From IMG/VR virus record IMGVR_UViG_3300028590_000010: a stretch of 64,000 bases of DNA; one strand, 5' to 3'. Positions 37,228 to 43,834 of this stretch are shown here, piece after piece; the stretch's first letter is position 1, and each line of letters starts with the position of its first letter. A program made the position numbers and the translations under genes. Origin of the DNA: an uncultured virus (IMG/VR IMGVR_UViG_3300028590_000010) (lineage: Duplodnaviria; Heunggongvirae; Uroviricota; Caudoviricetes). The notes beneath the pieces are model-generated. The model was not told the origin of the DNA. It did not search any database and saw nothing but the letters and a program-made list of their open reading frames with translations.

Positions 37228-37488
37228 ATGGCCAGAATGATGCGTAGCCGGTCATGGGTCAAGGTGTCGAACACGTACGGTGCCGACTACTCCGGCAGCT
37301 TCAGGGGACGCGACCGTCGCGAACACGAAAGCCTTGTCGCCGAGTGGTCGGACGAGATCGACGAGGATCGGAAGATCCGCGAGACGTGGTGCTACTTTTA
37401 TGGTTTGTACTCGGCCGAGTACGCGGACCACATGCTCGACACGTACGGCCTCCCTAGGCCGCCTTCGAGAAAACGTCGTACGCCTTGA
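37228..37488 (+). CDS. Hypothetical protein (86 aa)
   Basis: ORF after thyX. Confidence 0.5.
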   Translation: MARMMRSRSWVKVSNTYGADYSGSFRGRDRREHESLVAEWSDEIDEDRKIRETWCYFYGLYSAEYADHMLDTYGLPRPPSRKRRTP

Positions 37489-37705
37489 TGAGGTCGATGG
37501 CCCGGTACACCCGTGGCTGTCGACCTCGCTTGTCCGCACGGTCGGGACGGCGGGTCCCCACCGGCACGATCTCCAGTCGCCTGATCATCCATCGCAGGTC
37601 GCTCGGCTGTTCCCCCAGGAACCGCGAGGCTTCGTCCACGGTCCACAGCCGTTCGTCTTCACCGACGAGCGAGAGCCCGGCAGCAGTCCACCCTCGCTTA
37701 CTCAC
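37454..37705 (-). CDS. Small HTH DNA-binding protein
   Basis: LWTVDEASRFL...LRWMIRR...RVYRAIDL. Confidence 0.6.
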   Translation of the reverse strand: MSKRGWTAAGLSLVGEDERLWTVDEASRFLGEQPSDLRWMIRRLEIVPVGTRRPDRADKRGRQPRVYRAIDLIKAYDVFSKAA

Positions 37706-38328
37706 ACGGCCCCCTCGGCGTACGGGCTCCAGCTGAACTGCATCTGGTCGCCCACTACTTCATAGTCTGCCCGCCAACGAGGACGCACACCCTCGCCGTC
37801 TGTGCACTCGGGATTTACACAAACAATGATCCCGGTGGCCGGCTGCCAACGCATGGTCGGGTAATTGCACCACGGACAGCGCATGTCTTCCTCACCCGGC
37901 GACCGGGGTATTCGGTGAAGTCCGAGGTCCGGGTTGAATACGGCTTCTGCTCGACGATTCCACCGGTCGATGTATCCGAGAACACCGATGACGGTCTGGT
38001 CGTCAACCGTGTGGGAGAAGTTGACAACGGAACGCAGTGCCATCTGAGTATTACCGTCGGACCCCCCTCGGCGAACGCCGCGAATCCCCGTGACCGTGGC
38101 CTTGAGGTTGACCTCAAGTCGGCGCACCTCGGCGTAAAACTCACCGATGAGTCCGGCAGCCGTACCGTGCCACGGAATAGTAGAAGCTGTGAGTTTCTGG
38201 CGACTAATCGGCTGGCCGCGACTGGGTTCCTTGTACGGGAGCATGGTTTCGAGAGCGCAATACAAGCGCCACGCTTTTTCTGTGCTGCTCTTCAGGCGTT
38301 CCCGAAGACTCCCCGGATCAGCATGCAT
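37702..38328 (-). CDS. Hypothetical protein with C-terminal Zn ribbon, probably leaderless
   Basis: CPWC...CVNPEC; TACAAT 6 nt before ATG. Confidence 0.65.
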   Translation of the reverse strand: MHADPGSLRERLKSSTEKAWRLYCALETMLPYKEPSRGQPISRQKLTASTIPWHGTAAGLIGEFYAEVRRLEVNLKATVTGIRGVRRGGSDGNTQMALRSVVNFSHTVDDQTVIGVLGYIDRWNRRAEAVFNPDLGLHRIPRSPGEEDMRCPWCNYPTMRWQPATGIIVCVNPECTDGEGVRPRWRADYEVVGDQMQFSWSPYAEGAV

Positions 38329-38416
38329 GGCCGCATTGTAAATGGTGGAACGCAACAAATCCCCCTCTTCGTCAGGCAACTGACGAGGAGGGGGATTCTT
38401 TTCGTGCCCGAGGTCC

Positions 38417-38581
38417 CTACGCCACGAGGCTCTCGGCGCTACGCAGGTCGAGGACGTGCTTGAATTCCGGGTCCGCTGCCGCATGCTCGCGGTCGACCAT
38501 CGACTGGATCTCGGGGGGCACTTCCAGATCGGACCCCAGGAGGTTGAGTGTGGTGCAGTAGGTTTCCTGAGCCTTCGTCAT
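38417..38581 (-). CDS. Hypothetical protein (54 aa, MTKAQETYC...)
   Basis: AGGTGAGAG RBS; open frame below the ORF-track cutoff. Confidence 0.45.
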   Translation of the reverse strand: MTKAQETYCTTLNLLGSDLEVPPEIQSMVDREHAAADPEFKHVLDLRSAESLVA

Positions 38582-38609
38582 GTCTCTCACCTGCTTGAGC
38601 GCAGCGCCG

Positions 38610-38897
38610 TTACTCGGATGGTACGGCTATGTCGGTTGTCTCGGCAGTCTGCTGACTGCTCTTTTCCCTGAGCTTCTCGACGTCCGCCACCTCGACGGTG
38701 ACGACCGTTCGCAGCATACGGACCTCTACGTCCGCATGCTTCTCCACCCAGAAGTCATAGGTTCGGATGGTCTCCCCGAGCGCGGCACGCTCTGTACCCA
38801 CGCTCTTCCAGGGGAACGTCTCGTCTTCGCGGAACTGGATGTGCCAGAGTTCCCGGCTCTCGACGATCTCCTCAGCGGCGGACACTTCCTGCGTCAT
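38610..38897 (-). CDS. Hypothetical protein (95 aa)
   Basis: GGAAGGGGAG RBS. Confidence 0.65.
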   Translation of the reverse strand: MTQEVSAAEEIVESRELWHIQFREDETFPWKSVGTERAALGETIRTYDFWVEKHADVEVRMLRTVVTVEVADVEKLREKSSQQTAETTDIAVPSE

Positions 38898-39204
38898 GAC
38901 TCCCCTTCCGTAGCAGAACTGCGGTGGGGTCATCGTAGGCGACGGTGTGAATCTCCGGCTCGCTCAGGTGGATCTCCGTCAGCGCACGACGTACGAGTGG
39001 GACCCAGCCCTGCTGTCGTTCGTGCTGGTTGATCTCGGAACGGATCACGCGCTCCTCGCGGTCCCTTTCGAGGAGGGCGACCAGGTCGTAGTTCGCGAAG
39101 TCTTCCCGGTTCGACGTATTGGCGAGACCGATCCGCGCTACTTCCGACGACCTGTCGTACGCGCCCCCGGGCCACACGCTCACGGTGACAACAAGCATGG
39201 CCAT
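38872..39204 (-). CDS. Hypothetical protein (110 aa)
   Basis: MLVVTVSVWPGG...ARIGLAN...NYD; AGGAAG RBS. Confidence 0.65.
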   Translation of the reverse strand: MAMLVVTVSVWPGGAYDRSSEVARIGLANTSNREDFANYDLVALLERDREERVIRSEINQHERQQGWVPLVRRALTEIHLSEPEIHTVAYDDPTAVLLRKGSHDAGSVRR

Positions 39205-39348
39205 TCTTCCTGTCTGCCTACCAAAAGGGGATGGGGCCCGTTTCGCACCCCCGGTGGTGCCATACCGGGTTGGAATCCTGTCCGGCAATGCTCCTCCGCG
39301 ACCCCGAGTTGCCTCGTAGTCGGATGGTCCGGACTGGATAGGTGCTAG

Positions 39349-39418
39349 TGGGGCCAGTAGGAGTTGAACCTATCTTCGGGAAGCTGATCAGGTCTTCCCT
39401 AAGCACACCGGCGGCCCC
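39349..39418 (-). ncRNA. D-arm-less tRNA-like RNA (Ile GAU-like loop)
   Basis: Acceptor GGGGCCG/UGGCCCC-A, T-arm UAGG-UUCAACU-CCUA, central stem GGGAAG/CUUCCC with CUGAUCA loop. Confidence 0.55.
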
Positions 39419-39534
39419 TTCGTTCGGCCGGGGTGTGTCCATTCCCCGGCCGAACTCCCTGCAATTCACTCACTTAATCGTGGGCACGTTAGTGAGTGTC
39501 GGAGTTGGCGCTCGACCCCTTCTCCGTGTGTAAA

Positions 39535-39564
39535 AACCTATGATGTTGAGACCGCCTTTGTCAA
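39535..39564 (-). promoter_or_regulatory. sigma70/HrdB-type promoter
   Basis: TTGACA-N18-TAGGTT. Confidence 0.7.
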
Positions 39565-39648
39565 ATTGCTTGGCGTTTCTCGATAATGCAGCAATGCGCC
39601 GCACTAGATGTACGACGCATTGCAACTACTGGACGCCTACCCCGTCGC

Positions 39649-41340
39649 TCAGGAAGCCTTCCGCTCCCACGGCCAGACGCCGTCCTTCCCCGACTCCAGA
39701 ATCGGAATGAGCTGGAACGCCTTGTCCGTGAGCCCGCCGAGGTGGAACCGGGCCTCGTTCCCGGACGGCATGGCCGCCGCCGAGTAACCGGCGAAGTTCC
39801 ACATGAACACCGGGACGTGCTTCGGCACGAGGTCGTTGACCTCCGTCTCCGGCATCCCGCCGTATCCCCGCCACATGTTCGACGGGAGTCGGCCGGGGCG
39901 CGTCTGCTCGTCGGTGAGGATGACGACCCGGTCGTGCCCGGCGTAGTGTCGCTTCACCGCGCTCGGGATGTCCGTGCCGGAGTCCCGACCGAAACGGTCG
40001 ACGAGCTTCAGCACGCTGACACCCCGCTCGAACGGGATCACGCGCGACTGGCCGCCGAACTCGACGAGCGTCGGGTCCTCGGCACGGAGCGCCAGGGCGG
40101 AGCCGAAGACCGCCGCCTGGTCTGCGCGACTGATGTCCGACTTCTTCGCCTTCGGGAACCAGCTGTCGTACTCCGGGAACATCGACGGCGACCGGTCGAC
40201 GAGGATGAGCGTTCGGCCGGACAGCCGGGGCACGTTGGCGAGCGAGTGGTTCAGCGCCTGCTCCAGGGGCCACGACCAGCGCAGCGAGTCCTTCGTCGCG
40301 CGGTACGCGGCGAGGAACCGGAAGGGGAACTGCCGGGAGCTGGCGATCTGCTCACGGCTGGCCAGCCGCTCCATGACGTCCACCGCCACCTCGTCCGAGA
40401 CACCGGCCTGGTCGAAGTTCCGGAGGTTGCGGATGAGGGCCATGATCCCCATCGACGGGATCACCGCCTCCCACGCTTCCTTCGTGCTACCGACATGAGA
40501 GATCACGTTCTCCCACGTCATGCCTGCCGCCTTGACGTAGTCGACGTTCAGCCACATCGACTCCTCGCCATGTCGGTGCAGAGCCCGGTTGCGCATGATC
40601 ACGTCAAGCGAGAACGGGATGTCCTGCGTCGACTCGATGCGTCCGTGACGACGGTCGATGGCGAACTTGAACAGGTCGCCCTGCCACACCTCGTCCGGCG
40701 TCGGATGGGTCAGCTCCAGCACGTCGGCGAACCGGTACGACTTGGTGTCGGTGTCGTACTTGAGCAGCGACCGCTGGTTGTACAGACGGATCACCGCGTC
40801 GGCAACACCGCGCTTGACCGGCTTCGGGATGCGCCGTCCGTACCACGCCGTCCAGATCGCGAGGATCTCGCCGGGCTCGTCGGCTCGCTGGCACACAGCG
40901 TCGATGAGCCGACGGTTGGTGAAGATGGTCTCGTCGGAGTCGGGGTGCGGGACATTGGCACCGACGCATCCGTGCTGCTGCGCCGCGAGTCGTTCGTGAA
41001 CGAACTCGACGGCGAACATCAGCGCGCCGGTCCGGATGTTCCCCTCGGAGCGGAGCCAACGTGCGAACCGGAAGCCCCAGCTGGGGTCCTCGACCGCGAT
41101 CTCGCGGACCAGCTCACGGAGCCGGTCGTCGCGCCTCTCGGCCGACTCGTAGAAGTCGGCCTCGCCGCCGTGGAACGCGCCGGTCGCCCGCAGGAACAGC
41201 TCCGTCTTGGCGTCACGGGTGTACCCGGCACCGCCCTCGAACGTGAGAGTGTTCGCCTTCTTCGTCTCGGTGCCCAACGGGCTGGACACCGTGGCCACGG
41301 CAGCCTTCGCCTTGTGGCTCGGCGCGTTGAAGCGCGTCAT
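39649..41340 (-). CDS. rsr: Ro60 / TROVE-domain RNA-binding protein with C-terminal vWA (563 aa)
   Basis: DAKTELF, FYES, WLRSEGNIRT, QRADEP, PKPVKRGVADA, MTWE, MALIRNLRNF, SRQFPFRFLAAY; MIDAS VDRSPSM and ILTDEQ. Confidence 0.95.
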   Translation of the reverse strand: MTRFNAPSHKAKAAVATVSSPLGTETKKANTLTFEGGAGYTRDAKTELFLRATGAFHGGEADFYESAERRDDRLRELVREIAVEDPSWGFRFARWLRSEGNIRTGALMFAVEFVHERLAAQQHGCVGANVPHPDSDETIFTNRRLIDAVCQRADEPGEILAIWTAWYGRRIPKPVKRGVADAVIRLYNQRSLLKYDTDTKSYRFADVLELTHPTPDEVWQGDLFKFAIDRRHGRIESTQDIPFSLDVIMRNRALHRHGEESMWLNVDYVKAAGMTWENVISHVGSTKEAWEAVIPSMGIMALIRNLRNFDQAGVSDEVAVDVMERLASREQIASSRQFPFRFLAAYRATKDSLRWSWPLEQALNHSLANVPRLSGRTLILVDRSPSMFPEYDSWFPKAKKSDISRADQAAVFGSALALRAEDPTLVEFGGQSRVIPFERGVSVLKLVDRFGRDSGTDIPSAVKRHYAGHDRVVILTDEQTRPGRLPSNMWRGYGGMPETEVNDLVPKHVPVFMWNFAGYSAAAMPSGNEARFHLGGLTDKAFQLIPILESGKDGVWPWERKAS

Positions 41341-41389
41341 GTCTACCTTCCCTTCGCACCGGACATGCCGGTGATCGAGTCGACGGACA
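41341..41389 (-). promoter_or_regulatory. Permuted Y-RNA Ro-binding motif overlapping the Ro RBS (candidate translational operator)
   Basis: Leader UGUCCGUC-GACUCGAUC-ACCGG-CAUGU-CCGGU-GCGAAG-GGAAGG-UAGAC-AUG has both conserved strands of the upstream Y-RNA-like elements in reverse order. Confidence 0.6.
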
Positions 41390-41617
41390 TCAGTCCGCCA
41401 ACCGCCAGTCCTCCGCGAGGAGCTGCTGGTCATTGACGCGGTACGGCTCCCTGCTGCCGTCGTTCCGCGTCACCACCGGGGTCGGTTCGAACCCGGGGAG
41501 GTCACGCACCAGCTCTACGTGTGCGTACTCACTAGGGATGTGGGCGTAGGCGTCCCAGCTCTCACGCCGGACAGCCTGACCCTCCTTCAACTTGCGCAGG
41601 GCCCAGCTGAAGTCCAT
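41390..41617 (-). CDS. DUF2829 / Tad2-like (Thoeris anti-defence 2) small protein
   Basis: MDFSWALRKLKEGQAVRRESW...QLLAEDW matches the DUF2829 signature MnF..Al..lK.G..v.R.gW...DmlAeDW. Confidence 0.75.
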   Translation of the reverse strand: MDFSWALRKLKEGQAVRRESWDAYAHIPSEYAHVELVRDLPGFEPTPVVTRNDGSREPYRVNDQQLLAEDWRLAD

Positions 41618-41645
41618 GTCTCCGTCTGCCTTCTGTCTGTCGAGC

Positions 41646-41730
41646 GGTTCCTGAGATCAAGATCGCCGGTACGGGATTGGTTTCCTTGAGAGGGAAATGA
41701 AGTACCCGTGGTGGCTTCGCACCAGGAACC
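41646..41730 (-). ncRNA. Y-RNA-like element 1 (Ro-binding stem + Glu-CUC anticodon-like hairpin)
   Basis: GGUUCCUG-GUGCGAAG...GGG-UACUUC-A-UUUCC-CUCUCAA-GGAAA...CCCGU...GAUCUUGAUCU-CAGGAACC. Confidence 0.8.
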
Positions 41731-41833
41731 TGCATCGAGGTGTCTGCACAGTATGCCAACTATGCAACCGGTCCTCGCCGCCCCTGGCATGGGGCTTGAT
41801 CCGTCCCGCCCTTTGCAGTGGCGAGGGGACCCG

Positions 41834-41905
41834 TGGGAGTTGACGGATTTGAACCGCCTCGTGCAGGCCCCTGCACTTTGCCGTGTGCCCGCGTCCGGGC
41901 CTCCC
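41834..41905 (-). ncRNA. Atypical tRNA-like RNA (5-bp acceptor + T-arm, non-canonical interior)
   Basis: GGGAG/CUCCC-A, T-arm GGCGG-UUCAAAU-CCGUC, hairpins GCCCG-GACG-CGGGC and GUGCAG-GGGC-CUGCAC. Confidence 0.45.
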
Positions 41906-42016
41906 GGGTGACCCCGGACGAGTCCGGGGCAGCAGGATGGTGGAGCAACCGTGGAGTTGTGCCGCCCTGCTTCTCCGGTGCCGCTTCAAGTGGGAGCACC
42001 GGAGCCGTTCTGTACG

Positions 42017-42089
42017 CTCCCTGACCTGGACTCGAACCAGGAACCTCCGGATTAACAATCCGTTGCGCTGCCTGTTGCGCCATCAGGGA
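42017..42089 (-). tRNA. tRNA-Asn(GTT)
   Basis: Cloverleaf UCCCUGA/UCAGGGA-G, D-arm GCGC/GCGC, anticodon loop UUGUUAA, T-arm CCUGG-UUCGAGU-CCAGG; CCA not encoded. Confidence 0.92.
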
Positions 42090-42094
42090 TCGTG

Positions 42095-42246
42095 CGGGTG
42101 CGACGGGACTCGAACCCGCGCCGTGAGCCGAGCTTGGAAAACGCGCTTCCCTACAGACCCAGCGAGAGCCATTCGGTGCATCCGCAACCGTCTCGGCACG
42201 CCGCCCATCCGTTTTCGGGCCGCTCTTCCTTCTGAGCTACGCACCC
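42095..42246 (-). ncRNA. 152-nt tRNA-scaffold RNA with a ~80-nt multibranch domain in the variable arm
   Basis: Perfect acceptor GGGUGCG/CGCACCC, D-arm GCUC-AGAAGGAA-GAGC, T-arm GCGGG-UUCGAGU-CCCGU; non-canonical 10-nt anticodon loop. Confidence 0.75.
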
Positions 42247-42255
42247 ATGCAGAGC

Positions 42256-42330
42256 GCGCCCGAGATCAAAGGTGACGTGACGGCGTGATTTCACCAAAAG
42301 AAGTAGCCGTCGTGTCTTCGCACCGGGCGC
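42256..42330 (-). ncRNA. Y-RNA-like element 2 (minimal)
   Basis: GCGCCCG-GUGCGAAG...GACGG-CUACUUC-UUUUGGU-GAAAUCACG-CCGUC...CUUUGAUCU-CGGGCGC. Confidence 0.8.
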
Positions 42331-42350
42331 TGCACCCTTTTGAGTTGTAC

Positions 42351-42488
42351 CTGTCTGAGTTCAAAGTCGGAGACGGAACTATGACGGCGCTCTGCCCACT
42401 GAGCTACCCGACCGATTAAGGAAGGGGCGGGACTCGAACCCGCGACATCCGGCTCCAATGAAGTAACCGTTTCCTGCGCACCAGACAG
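42351..42488 (-). ncRNA. yrlA: Y-RNA-like element 3, YrlA-type (permuted tRNA domain)
   Basis: CUGUCUG-GUGCGCAG-GAAACGG-UUACUUC..., T-arm GCGGG-UUCGAGU-CCCGC precedes D-arm GCUC-AGUGGGCA-GAGC, ...GACUUUGAACU-CAGACAG. Confidence 0.85.
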
Positions 42489-42496
42489 AAGTCTTC

Positions 42497-42643
42497 TCGA
42501 ATGGCAGAGATCCTAGCGGAAACAGAGTTTCTTGTGCTAGCCACTACACCACAGGGGTTCATGCACCCCCGCCGGGATTCGAACCCGGGCCTTCAATTTT
42601 GCAGATTGACGAAGTATCTGTGTCCTTCGCACCTGCCATTCGA
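42497..42643 (-). ncRNA. yrlA: Y-RNA-like element 4, YrlA-type with intact Cys-GCA anticodon hairpin
   Basis: UCGAAUGGCAG-GUGCGAAG...UACUUC-G-UCAAU-CUGCAAA-AUUGA, T-arm CCGGG-UUCGAAU-CCCGG, closed acceptor CGGGGG/CCCCUG, D-arm GUGU-AGUGGCUA-GCAC, GAUCU-CUGCCAUUCGA. Confidence 0.85.
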
Positions 42644-42650
42644 TGTCTTG

Positions 42651-42680
42651 ACACTACCCAGTCGGCGGTTCCCCGCGCAA
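42651..42680 (-). promoter_or_regulatory. Promoter for the Y-RNA / tRNA / Tad2 / Ro operon
   Basis: TTGCGC-N18-TAGTGT with upstream A-tract; predicted +1 at ~42644, the 5' end of Y-RNA element 4. Confidence 0.7.
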
Positions 42681-42703
42681 CTTATTTTTCCAGCTTTTCC
42701 AAG

Positions 42704-43114
42704 TCACAGATCGAGCACGCTGGACCGGTAGTTCTCGCGTACCTCGGGGTGTGTGCGGTACGACCCCTGCTCCGCGTCGACCGGGTGCCCCCGCCAGTCG
42801 ATGCTGAAGAGCGGAATCGTTTCTATCGGCGGGTTCACCACAGGTCGGGTCATGCGCCAGCTGATATGCCATCGCTCGACGGCGACGAGGTCGAAAAGGA
42901 CCCTGACCCTACCGTCGACCTCATCCATGGGCATGCGCTCGGGGAAACCGTTGGTCTCCCGACACGCGTACCACTTCGCTACCAGCTGTCGGCTGATGGG
43001 CTTCGCACGTTCCGGGTGCAGTGCATTGAGTCGCCGCGCTATCTCGGCGAATCCTCCGTAAGTGTTGCCCGTATCAACCGGTTCAGCGGGACGCTCCACG
43101 AGCGCTTCGGCCAT
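42704..43114 (-). CDS. Hypothetical, possibly HTH protein
   Basis: GFAEIARRL...ISRQLVAKWY...GFPE; GGAGG RBS. Confidence 0.6.
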   Translation of the reverse strand: MAEALVERPAEPVDTGNTYGGFAEIARRLNALHPERAKPISRQLVAKWYACRETNGFPERMPMDEVDGRVRVLFDLVAVERWHISWRMTRPVVNPPIETIPLFSIDWRGHPVDAEQGSYRTHPEVRENYRSSVLDL

Positions 43115-43140
43115 CCCTACCTCCCCGAGTCAAGCGGTGA

Positions 43141-43214
43141 TTGCGGGGGCAGGATTTGAACCTGCGACCTCCGGGTCATGGCCCCGGCGCGCTACCGAAC
43201 TGCGCCACCCCGCC
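43141..43214 (-). tRNA. Initiator-like tRNA-Met(CAT) with non-canonical anticodon loop GCCAUGA
   Basis: Mismatched 1:72 pair (G:A), three G-C pairs at the bottom of the anticodon stem, T-arm GCAGG-UUCAAAU-CCUGC. Confidence 0.8.
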
Positions 43215-43285
43215 ACGAAAAGTTCCGCTGTCAAATAGTACGACGAGAGGAGCGTGTAGGACCTGTAAAGACGGTGCCTATCTGC

Positions 43286-43777
43286 TCACTTCTTCGTACC
43301 AGTCCCTGTTACACACGCCACGTCAGACGGGGACAGCGACACACCGTCGACCTTCACCGTCACCCACCGGGGGAGGGGGATCTCGGTCGTCTCGTCGTCG
43401 TCGTCGGTCGAGGGCGCTTCGGCCTCGACCTCCGGGTCCAGGACGGCACTCAGTTCGGCGTCGGTGCACCCGACGGACGCGAGCGTCGCGGCGATGTGAT
43501 CGAGCGCCACGCGCGTGGTCCGTATGTACTCCTCACGGAGTCCTTCCCACGCCTCGCGCTGTTCACCCTCCTCCATCACCGTGGGTGGAAGCTGTGCGTA
43601 CAGCTTCTCCAGGGAGTGGAGGGCCTCGGACATGTGCCCCTGGATGTACGGGGTGAGCCTGCTGGCGTAGCTCGCAAGCTCGCGGTGGTTGACACCGCTG
43701 TCTCGTTCGCTGGTCCGCGCGTTGGCGAGCCACGTGCCGAAAAGCACTCTTATTTCCGTCTCTTCCAGGTTTTCCAC
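43286..43777 (-). CDS. Hypothetical protein (163 aa)
   Basis: Co-oriented ORF. Confidence 0.55.
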   Translation of the reverse strand: MENLEETEIRVLFGTWLANARTSERDSGVNHRELASYASRLTPYIQGHMSEALHSLEKLYAQLPPTVMEEGEQREAWEGLREEYIRTTRVALDHIAATLASVGCTDAELSAVLDPEVEAEAPSTDDDDETTEIPLPRWVTVKVDGVSLSPSDVACVTGTGTKK

Positions 43778-43834
43778 GTTGGGCGTTCACACTAACAGGT
43801 GAGCGCCCAACGAGGAAGGGTTCGTACGGGAGTT

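Noticed and set aside
39233..39251. Extra Y-RNA motif (GGTGCGAAA on the minus strand)
   Set aside because: No downstream UACUUC or GAUCU partner strand; better explained as a simple local hairpin.
41771..41830. Degenerate Cys anticodon hairpin (CGCCA-CUGCAAA-GGGCG) and weak T-loop inside a stem
   Set aside because: Mismatched stem, only a 2-bp T-stem, and no acceptor or Ro-binding motif; too weak to call, though it lies in the RNA operon.
42095..42246. Group I intron-containing tRNA
   Set aside because: The insert is only ~80 nt, lies in the variable arm rather than the anticodon loop, and lacks group I core motifs.
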